From Oikopleura dioica (Eukaryota; Animalia; Chordata): 64,000 nt of DNA. Positions 53,531 through 64,000 of the stretch are shown here, piece after piece. Location of the stretch: the NCBI GenBank assembly GCA_907165135.1, contig OU015568.1, positions 16,255,208 through 16,319,207 on the forward strand. The letters are read 5' to 3'. The position numbers were made by a program, and so were the translations under genes. The stretch's first letter is position 1. Each line of letters opens with the position of its first letter. Under the pieces are notes generated by a model. The model was not told where the DNA came from and did no database searches. It saw only the letters and a list, made by a program, of their open reading frames with translations.

Positions 53531-56521
53531 ATGTTTTTGATTTGGTTCATATTTTTTTATAAGGCGGTCCTTTCTGCAGATTTGAGGGCAAGAATTCGCA
53601 AGGGTTCCAAAGAACGGTACAAAGAGTCTTTAAATCCTGAAGATGAGATTATAAACAATCAGAGAAGAGATTTTTCAGTTTTCAATTTTTCAGTGCCGCT
53701 GGCGGAAACCTGCGTGTAAGTGAATTTTTGCCGATTTCTTATATAATTCGTCGATGAGAAAATGAAATTTTAAATCTAGTGATGAAAATCTTTTCAATGA
53801 GTGCTACAGTCTATGTAGAATCGAATTTCTCAAATGCAGGGAAAACTGCGAGAATGCTCTTTGCGAAACTTCCTGTGAGCGAAATTTTGAAGGTATAATA
53901 GATAGTAAATTTTCGTGCTTAATAATACAGATTGTACATCATCCTGTCCATGCGGGACGAACTGTCCAAATGGGTGCCTCGGCTGCGCACATCCAATTTG
54001 TGGCGATCCTAATGATCCGGTAAAATATTTATAGTACGGTAAAATAATTTTCAATAAGGAAAATATTTATATTCTTGTCTTCGCGATGACACTAAGTGAA
54101 TCATATATTTTTTCTGGTGATGGACTTTCGCAAAAAAGTGCACCTATCGATTCTGAGTATTCAAATGGTTATGCAGATAATGCGAAATCTGCTTTCATTC
54201 AAGGACAATTCTATATTATTGGGGGAGAACGACCTTTCATGGTTAGAGATTTATTAAAAAGAATGTCAAATATAATACAAATTCTTTAAGATCTCTAGAC
54301 TCGATAATTGTAGCCTATCTTTAATGCCCGCTCGACTTACGAACGACTTTGCTTTTGGGTTTTCTGCTATTAATATTGATGATGGACAACGAGGTGTCAA
54401 TTTTAAAAGTGCTAAAAATTATATTTTAACTTTCTGTTTAAGCGCTGATATGCTTTGACCAGGGTTCTTAATCCACTAGTCAAGTTTCGACTAAGGTCCA
54501 AGATCGCCTCCCCCCCAAGTTCGGCGAAATGCGACCTGGGCGAGAGGTTAATCAGTATCAGGTTTATCAAAAGTTAATAAAAATCTAAAAGTGCAGTTCG
54601 AAAGAAAATGATCGATTTTGTATAATCAGAGAATTTCAGAAGATTACCTCAAGAGAAAGGTCAAATCGACAAAAATTGTACACTTCGGGTAAAGGGGTTC
54701 TTTATGCGGCTTCGCGTATAGGGGTTAAAAATTTCATAGGGTGAGCTGGAACTGTGGAGAAAAGGTCTTACTTATGACATCATCGCGAGCTACTGACGTT
54801 CCATAATTACCAAAGTTTGGACACTGAGAGACGTTACAAATTTACCGGGGCAAATGCGTCAAATACAGTGCTGTGATAGGTAGAATAAGGGACACGTTGC
54901 CCTTTTAAAAATGAAAAATCGCCATAAATCCGAAATTTCTGAGATCTTGAAAATCTAAGATGATACAGGCATGGAGCTAGAGATTCTCCACCGATCCGTA
55001 TACAGATGTCTGGGGCTACGATGTAACCCCTAGGCGCTAGAGCAATAGTAAGTTCGCCCAGGTAATTTTCAAACGGCTCTGAGCGTTTTTAACTTTGTTG
55101 AAGTAGCAGGGGATGCGATACATGAAATCCTCTTTTTTGTGGAACTTAGCTTCACATGTAGATCATTAGTAATGATTCATTACACCATTATCATTTTCAT
55201 GTATCACTTGCCCTGCTACCTTAAGCGTCAAAAGTTCCGAAATTTCCTTACTGTACCGGCTCATCTAGCGAATTATTTCTTTCAAATGAGTTTAATAAGT
55301 ATGGCTCAGGCTTTACGACGATAGGTTCTTGCTGAACGGGTGTAAGTAATGATAGGGAATTCTAAATGAAGTGATTTTGGAGTGTTCCAAGCCTTCTTCC
55401 CAAGATGGCCTCTCGCCAAACTTGAATAATTCCTTCTTAGTTTAAAATGAATATAATCTAATATCGCCTCTCGCCAAAGATCTCTTCCCGCCTAAGTTGG
55501 GCAAGAAGCGATCTGGGCAGGAGGCGACTTTGACAAGAGGCAATCTGGGCGAGAGGCGACCACTCCTAAAAATGTCCCTAGGGAGGCGATTGTCGACTAG
55601 TCGAAAAAGTCGAGAACAATATTGCAGAGTAAGTCAAAAAATCTACTCGAACAAGTCGAAAATCTAGTCAAAAATGTCAAAAAGAATCACTTAACGATTT
55701 CGCTTTCGACTTTCGATTAAATTTATAATTTTCGACAAAATTTTTATATTTTTCAAGTTTTTTCGACTTTTCGATTAATAAGTCGATTAAGTCGACTCGA
55801 CTCGACTAGTGAATTTTCAGATGGCGTTACGACTCGACTCGACTCGACTTCTGATTTTTCGCTCTGATTTAGAACCCTGGCTTTGACACCACCACGTCGA
55901 AAAATTGCGAGATTTTTGATACAATTACTATAACGAAAACGCATTCCTCACAATTTCGTCATAGATTTGGAAATCTTGGATACTATAAAGGAAAGCCAAC
56001 AACAGTCGGGGGATACTTGATTGACGGATGGCAAAAAGTTGAAACATACTCACCTGAAGGCTGGACTAGCTTGGTCAATCATCCTAAGTAACCCGATTTG
56101 ATTGTGTTCAACTATAATTTTTTGAGAATTTATCATTCTCATACTTTAACTGGCTTGGAAAGTGGTGCTATGATCATGGCGGGTGGATACGATGAAGCTG
56201 AAAGAGATTTTATTAAAGATATCTGGATTTTGAATGATGAAGTATGGGAACTTATTGGATATCTGAAGGAGGTTTTTTAATTCCTGTGATACATGAAAGT
56301 AAACCAGTCAATTTTAGTATATTAACGTTGGTTCATCATTAAAAATCGGCGATTACATCTTTATTGTCTCTGGTTACGAACGAAACTCAGAAGGTCTTTT
56401 TCCCGTGGAGAGAATCAAAATGATGAACGACGATTTAATTGATTCAGTTGTGATTGGCGGGCATGATTTTGAAAGCCTCGGCCCTCCCTTGTTACAAACA
56501 AGAGCAGATTATTGCGTCTGA
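53531..56521 (+). CDS. Secreted Cys-rich + kelch-like beta-propeller protein, interrupted by a MITE
   Basis: Signal peptide; CPCGTNCPNGCLGC; repeated GG and W blade motifs (FYIIGG, TTVGG, IMAGG). Confidence 0.7.
54460..55879. mobile_element. hAT-type element with nested insertion(s), in an exon
   Basis: TIR CAGGGTTCT; perfect 8-bp TSD GCTTTGAC; GTCGA and GGGCGAGAGGCGA repeats; removal restores LICFDTTTSKNC. Confidence 0.9.
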
Positions 56522-56639
56522 ATTTTCTTGTTGCTGTTTTAATATTATTTGTTTTTATCAAATAAAAACTGGTTGCCTTCGTGAAAAATATTTTTGAAAA
56601 TGAAATCTCAATAAGCTATGATCTGAGTAGAGGGATATT

Positions 56640-57710
56640 TAAAAGTCAAGAAATAACCTTAAAGATACTCATGAGAGGGTTGCAGGATTTTTTTCTCTTG
56701 ATTTATTTTTCTGTACAGTTACTTGCTTACATCGTAATTTGTCAAAGCCTTCGCATCTCTTCTTCGGCGACATCCCCAAATTGCCACTTCGAGGAGAATA
56801 AAAAATACAAGCGCCACACATACAAGAAGTATGATAACTAAAATCCGTTTCATAATAGAGAAATTAAAAACTAATTAAATGAAGATTGCTTGCTTACCAA
56901 CTGTTTTTTCTATTTCTGGAATGGCTTCATGAGCAGTCGTTTCTTGACCAACTTGATTTGTGTTTTCAATTTAAGATTTCAGGGTCACCATTTTAATTGG
57001 CAAATAGCTCTGGGAGGTCCTTATTTTAACGTCATTTGCATTTACATAGTTCGAGGTGCGCTTAACCCTAACCCAGGGGGCTACGACCCCCACCTAAGGC
57101 CTAAACCAGGGGACTTCGCCCCCCGGACCCCCCCCCCCTTTAACAGTAGCCCAGATTCTAGAGATATTGGATGGCTCGAATGGTGACCCCTCTCTACGCC
57201 CGGATTTTGTAGCCTCAGGCTTATTACGTTTACTCTTTCCAAAAATCACTTTTCAGAAAAAGGGGATGAACTTTGGGATTCCCTATTTTGTTTTAAAAAA
57301 ACTTTGTTATGATGGCATTGTGGGGTATATATTGAAAGCACGTTTCTGTAATTTCTCTCTGTGGATAAAACATGAAGACAGCGTGTGCGAAACCACTTTC
57401 TGCTGCGGCGGAATCCGCGCTGGACTCCAAGTCAGCAGAAGCATCAATACTTAATCCCTCCTCAACTACAATATTCAGACGGGAAACTAAACTCGCTGTT
57501 GAACGGGAAGTTCTTAATATTTACCCGCTAATACTCATCAATTAATTTCACCCGTTCAACAATCAAAATCACAGCAATCAGGAGTCCGTCGAGAACCAAA
57601 AGAATGAATACAGAAATATACTGTAAATACTCGACGGACTTTGGCAGTTCGCTCTTTTCATCGCCACTTTCGCTAACTTCCAGTTGAAATTTATTCTCTT
57701 TTTCGGACAT
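56640..57710 (-). CDS. Small spliced membrane protein, unknown function
   Basis: Two hydrophobic exons (ISVFILLVLDGLLIAVILIV; IILLVCVALVFFILLEVAIW) with GT-AG boundaries; ends approximate. Confidence 0.4.
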
Positions 57711-58450
57711 TTTTTGCGGCAAATTTAAGAAAAATGGAAACTCTTAAGAGTATTGTACTCTGTTTCAATCGACTATTTGAGTGTACTTCCGCTTCAGTAA
57801 AAGCAAAGAGGACAAAAGAAACGAATCCTCGAGGCTTGGCTTGAAAGTAAAAAGGTTGAGTTGATTCTTTTTTTGAGTCTGAAATGGGTACCGTCAATTA
57901 TGATATCCTCCCCTGCTGAATTATTAATTCCATTTGTTTAGCCTGCCATCAATAATGAAAGCGTTTAAAGCAAACTACAGTAAGTTCGCTTTCTTTACTT
58001 TTTCTGATTTGAGTTGCGGATAAAATCATTATCCGCTAGTTTATTTTTTTTAAATATTGTTTTGCAACTGTAAAACACACCAGAACTGTAGAAAGTAGCT
58101 GACTGAAATTGGAACAAATATTGCACAAGTACGCTGGTAGAGCAGAAGTTGAGAATGAACAGAAAGATTTATCACAGTAGTCGAGCATTGGTTCGTTAGG
58201 GCAGATAGGGGCGAAATTTTTTATTCAACTAAATGATTGCTAAATGAAACTAAATTGATTGGGCGAGTGAAAAATGGAGAAGTACGACTTTAAATAAGGA
58301 AAAGATAGGTTGAAGAAAATAATGGGAAAAATAATCTCAAAACGCAAAAAAAAAATCAAGGAGGAAAAACGGAATCTTGAAAATTTCGAAAATTGATATT
58401 ATTCGGTCTAAATCTTTGAAAATTAATCTTAAAAATCCTAAAAAAAAAGT

Positions 58451-60612
58451 CTAAAAGAATTTCTTGGCCTGTGCCTCTTGGCTCATCTTGTAGTGGACCA
58501 AAAAGGCAATGACGCAAATTTGTACGAGAGTTAGGAAGACGAAGGTGGTGGAAGAGACACAGGAAACTTCCGGGATCTTGGGGCAGGCGCTTTTTTGCCG
58601 CTCGATGTTGCCGATTTTGAGCGTCATTGTCTGAATGTCTTGCTTGAGATTATTCATCGTGTCTTGCTGGAGCTTTCGGAACTGGGCGTCCTCGATGTTT
58701 TGACTCGGGTTGCCCGTCGCCGCTTTTGGCTGCGATTGAAGAGTGGCCACGGCGTTTGCGATTTTAGAGAGTTCTTGGCGAAGTGCATTCAGGTCTTTTT
58801 CGAGGGTCATGATTTGGGTTTTGATTAATAGAGGGCTAAAACAGTGTTAGAAATTTGGGGGGGGGGGTCCCGGAGGCATCGCGCTTTGGGTTAGGGTTAG
58901 GCCCTACCTTAAAGCTTTTTGATAAGGGCCTGCCCGACTTATAACGTCCTACTACCGCTAAAACGGATCGTTCAACTAAGTAATAACGCTTTCATCAGAA
59001 GAGAAGATGAAAAAATCGTCTTTTACGGCGATCAGATGCTCGATTATTCACTCATCCATTAAAAAAAATGACAAATGTCCTAGCGCCAGATAAATTTCCG
59101 AAAAAAGAATTTTTCATTCATTCAGGCCCTTTCCGTTAGTCATCTTGCTCGTCTTCCCGTCAACTATCCTGATAGCATCAACAGCCTCATTAGATGCCTG
59201 ACTTGGAGGATTGGGAGGAGAAGCATCTTTAGCGTTGCCAGTGCTCTCCGCAGCTGCGGGTACGGAAATCTTAGCGGGCAACATATCTATCATTTCTTTG
59301 ACAGACGCAATGTCCGACGCGATCGTCTTAAAACGAAAATCAATTTCTTGGAAGGCGAAAACCTCAATAGCTAAATACCTTGATATTTTGCTGGATGTGA
59401 TTTTGAACAGTAAAAATCAGCTGCAATTGTGGATCATCGCTTCCAATGTCGAGCTGCTCTTTCGGTGCTAGATCTGGATTCTCCTCGGCGAATTTCTCCT
59501 TATCCTCGGTGAATTTCGTGTTGAGCTCGTCTACTTTTTGCTTGAGCTCTTCCTCCACTAAACAACAGATTACTCCTTTCCGCCAGAAAGTGATTCAAAC
59601 AGCTGGGAAGAAAATTCTCTTACATTTCTGAATCTCCTCTTGTTCCGCCTCGTCCGGCTGGGCATCCTTGCTCTCTGGATCGGTTATGGAGTGTGTCAGG
59701 AACTTCATGACGTCGTGATCATCGCTCAGGCCACCTGTAGCCGCGGACAAACCGAAGAAGCCTTTTTCCAGAACAACATTCTACAGTAGATTTCGAGCCT
59801 CTGTCGCTATTTCGATACTTACATCAGCAGAGCCGCAGAACTCGTAATCGTCAAATTCAGTGACTCCCGCGTGGTAGAAGATCGTCAGCGTGCTTTTGTA
59901 GTAACGAATCTTCAGTCTGACTGGATAAGGCTTGTTTCGAAAGTCCCGGCGGCAGGAAAACAGCGCAGTAGAACCACCATCCTTAAATCAGCTTCAATTT
60001 GAGAGAAGAATAACTGTAGCTAGTACATTAGCATGGTCATAAGAATTAGTTCCGTCGTTAATAAAAGCCATGATTTTTGGATTGTCGTGGTTGCCGTTGT
60101 TGTCGAACGAGTCGAGGAAGATACCCAAGCCCATCCACTGATCCTTCGCGCCGTAGACGTTTTTCTGTCTTGAAACAAACAGTAAGATACTTGGCGGAAA
60201 AGTGGCGACTTACGGGTCGGTCATTTCGCCGTTTTCGACTGTGTACCAAATTCCCATTCCGTCGGCGCCGACTTTGCCACGTCCGGAAATGCGGATGAAG
60301 ACCTCGATCTCCCACCAGTCTTTTTCAAAGGCCTTCTTTGTCCAAACTGAAAAGGCAAATGAGTTCCAGAAAGATTTAGAATCTAAAATTTTAGATTGCT
60401 TTACCAGAGCCCTGACGGCTTCTCAAAGATGGAACAAGACGGATGTTGTCGTCGCCGGCAAGAGCGTGTCCGTGATGAGACCAGAAGGGAATGGTTCCAT
60501 CAGTCTGCGTTATGTAGGGGCCCTTGAAGGAATACTGGTACTCGAACTTCTTGTTGAAGTCCTGTGCCACCGCTACACCCGCCAGAAGGAAAACGGCGGC
60601 GGCAACAACCAT
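58451..60612 (-). CDS. LMAN1: ERGIC-53 L-type lectin
   Basis: KFEYQYSFKGP, IRLVPSLRS, GADGNGIWY, CRRDFRNKPYP, GGLSDDHDV, TM segment + KKFF. Confidence 0.95.
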
Positions 60613-61193
60613 TCTAAAATAAGTAAAGATGCTCTCGTTGACTCTACATTGTAAAACCTGTGAATATGCACCCGTCGAAGACAACAAAGACAACGAATGA
60701 ATTTGGGTCTTTATTCAGTCACCAAAAAAAAGAAGATATTGCAGCAACCCGAAAGATAATATGAAAGGATATTATAGGAAGGGAGGATAGGTGACAGTAA
60801 AATCATGATAGAAGAAGAAAAAACAATGATTCGATGGTTGATGGTACAGGGTTTGAATGAATGGGGCCTGATTTGCGAACTCAGGAATTTAAAATAACAA
60901 AATTGCTGAAGGAAAACGGGATAAGGTCATAAAATATAAATAGATAAGGATAGCTTGTTCTTCGCCTCTTTGCTCGAATTATGATTTTGGTGGAGCGAGC
61001 TATTTTTAAAGGATTTACGCTCCACTAAGTCAATCAAGAATAACTTTAAATTTAGCTACAAATTAAGGTAATTATGTAAAAAAAAACATGAAAAAGGAGA
61101 AAAACGAGCGGAACAAAAAAGGAAAGTAAAGTTGTAGCAGAATTGAATAATATTGCTAGTAAGGAGGATAAATTTACTAGTATACAGAGTAAT

Positions 61194-64000
61194 CTACGAG
61201 TAGTTGTCTTTGAGTTTGTTGAAGGCGTTCCAGCCCGCACTCAGGGCACTGCCAGCCATTGACGCAGCGTTGTCGGCGATGTTCGAAGCTTGGTCCCTAA
61301 ATTACTGTCTGAATTGGTCTGATTTGGGAGGGTTCGAACCTGATGTTGTATCCAGAATAGGAGGAAGAGGAGCTGTTTCCATTGCCAAAGATGTCGGAAG
61401 ATCCGACCCCACTGGCGCCCGAGAACTGGCTCAATCTCGACTGAGGAGTGCTATCGGAGGAATGAGGCTCATCCCCGAAGAGATCGGCCGAGGAGATCGC
61501 CTTCGCTCCTTGGTACTTGTTGCTGTCGAAGGAGGCCGAAGTCGGGGCGATTTTCGTCGTGCTGGAAGAGTTGCTGTCCCGCGACATCATTCCCCGAGAA
61601 GAAGAGCTCTTCTCTTCGGTAAAACTGGAGACATTGTTCTAAAAACAACGCTAGAAAGACGGAAGGAATGAAAAAGGAGGATTATGTTTTTTTTTGAAAA
61701 AGCGGGAACACGAATAGGAGGAACTTCGAATTGAAGAGAGCGTTATTTTTTATAAGTAAATTTTACGACGAAATGGCACGGCATAAATTCAACTCTATTC
61801 AAACACATAGCAATCATGCCAGCTGGGCTGGGCAAGTGTATAAAACCTGAGTCAGGGCCTGAAATATCTCAGAAGAAGCGGCTTTGTTTCATTCGAGATA
61901 TTTCTGACCCTGATTCAGGTTCTATACACATGTTGCTGAGCCCACCGTGTGATTGTAGTTTGTCTATGCAAATCATCGATGATTTTCGTGATTGTCAATA
62001 AGCAACGGATATTGACCCGGTTAAAAAGTTACAGTTACAAATTCAAAGAGTAAAAAGTACACTTTTTGAAAAATCTTGAAAAAGAGATCAAGAATTCAGA
62101 AGTTTTAATTCAAAATTAAGTTTCTCTTTTTTCTGATACAAGTTTGAAATTTCAATTCGGCTAGAACTTGAAAGAGAGCAGGAATTTCGCTAGTAGTTGA
62201 ACAGAATATTTTCGATAAATAGCTTGTTGAATATTGCAATATTTTTTAAATAAACTAGAAGAAAAGTAAGTAAGAAAGGAGAGAGAGAAAGTGCTCGTTC
62301 TTTTTTTGGCATCTACGGCAATTTTGAATTTTGGAATTTTTTGAGACTTTTGACTTACGCAGATGAATTCATCTAGTAAGCGAACCTTTGATACATGTTT
62401 TCGCCCTGAACCAATTAGTGTTAGTTTACTTCCGAAAGATTTAGATTAAGAGTGATTAGTTTTCATGCATTCCAAGGTTCATTTCCTAGACGTAAATTCT
62501 CGAACAAATTTGATTACGAATTCGAACTTTTAAAAGGAAGTGTTGATGGCAGTGAATTAATCTTTAAAATTTGAAAGCGAGAAGAAGAGAAATTAATAAT
62601 TACTTATTAGCACCAAGTTTTTATTTATTAACGACCTTTAATTCTCACCTTTCGAGCGGCGTAAAGGTCAGCCAGATCGTCATTTTCTTCCTTACGTCGA
62701 GAGAAAGAGCCCATCGACTCTTCGTCAAGAATAGACGGCTCTTTGAAAGTAGTGGAAGCTTCGACTTGCCGGATTTCTTGGAAATCCGTGTCATGAGTAA
62801 CAGTCCTAAAACAGCGCTAGAATCAGCCAAAAAGAGAAGGAACGGACCTCATTCCGCCAAAGCCCATTCCAAGACGAGCAGCTGACTCCGCTTTCTTGCC
62901 GGATAGATTCGCCGAAGCTTTCTTTTGATCTCGCTCGATCTAAAAATAGAAGAAGAAGTTATGGGCGGTCACCTTTATGGTCATATTTACCTGTTTGTAA
63001 GTGAGTCGCGCAGCAGCTTCTGTCGAAAGAGTTGCTTCTCCTGAATCCATCTTCTGCACAACCTATAATTTATAGGCTATAAACCGTTCTGAAAAAACTC
63101 CAGAAAGAGAAAATTTACCTTTTCTTCTTTCTCGACGCGTTCAGCCGCGGAAGAAGCAGCTTTGAAGGCAGTTTTGTCGACCTTTTTGGCTCCTCCAAAA
63201 GCGCTCTTCTTTCCTGTTTTCTTCGCTCCCAGCTGAAAGAATCGATTTCATTGAGCGTGATCGCGGACTTTAACAAACCTTTGCAACTTTGACGGGTTTG
63301 GCTGGTTTCGTCTCGAGGTTGACGGACAACTTGTCCATTCCGTTTGAAACTTCGGCAAGGGTCTTTTCTGGTTCAACTGGAGTGACGATAATCGCTTCTT
63401 GTTTCACTTGGGCGGGGACGGGAGCTTCTTGCTTCAAGTCTGCGTTGTCGAATTTACTGAAAAACGATTCTAGCACAAAAGAATTATTTTCTCATTTTTT
63501 ACCTGAAGAAATCGTCATGTCGATTCTTCGCTGGGGCACTATCATCAGCAGAAGCGACGGCTCCAATGTGTGTTTCTCCGGCGTATTTTCTCACTGCTTC
63601 GAGCGCCAATTTTTCGATCTTCGCTTTGTATAGCGTCGCCGCTCGGGACGAATATTTCTTATTCTTGTCCGAAGTTTCTCCGCCATTTGCTCGGAAGAAG
63701 GCGCGTGCTTTCGCGTTTCCACCGACTTGCATGCATCGAAGCTGCTTCCAAGTCCATGCTCCGTCCAAATCTAGTTAAAAACTAGTTTTAAAACTAAAAG
63801 AGCGGCTTCCTGAGCTAACCTGAGCTTCTGATAAAAGTCAAATGAGTTCCCAGACTCCTGTGAACTCCGGAACACTCAAGGCAAACATACGCGCCGTAAG
63901 GAATCGTGCACCAGGACGGATTCTTCGTGCAACAGTCGAAACAGACTTTGTTTTCCGGAAGACTTCGCAGTTTTCGGAAAATCGCTTTCGTCGTTTCTAC
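61194..64000 (-). CDS. ARFGAP2: ArfGAP2/3 (Glo3-type); 5' end lies outside the window
   Basis: NKVCFDC..KNPSW...[26 protein letters not shown], tandem ISSADLFG / GSSDIFG Glo3 motifs. Confidence 0.92.

Overview
Gene-dense, AT-rich eukaryotic DNA with many ~35-60 nt introns, several non-canonical GA-AG and GC-AG donors, and many miniature inverted-repeat transposons (MITEs). This pattern best fits a larvacean tunicate, most likely Oikopleura dioica (inference). Exons were assembled by hand. Recognisable genes: DTWD2, SRSF10-like, FCHO, PPT1, Rax, troponin T, LMAN1 and ArfGAP2/3. Lineage-specific genes are also present. Main candidates for novelty: (1) a duplicated gene fusing an atypical protein kinase (VAVR in place of VAxK) to a C-terminal domain with exact papain Q-C/H-N catalytic spacing, each copy facing a co-duplicated convergent spliced micro-gene; (2) two MITE insertions in exons whose ends and target-site duplications (TSDs) rebuild in-frame introns (introner-like); (3) two related transposon cassettes that each amplified their own hairpin satellite; (4) a secreted fusion of a dead M14 carboxypeptidase and a PqaA/AprA hydrolase. 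Several single-base frameshifts sit in homopolymers and are probably assembly errors. No database searches were run.
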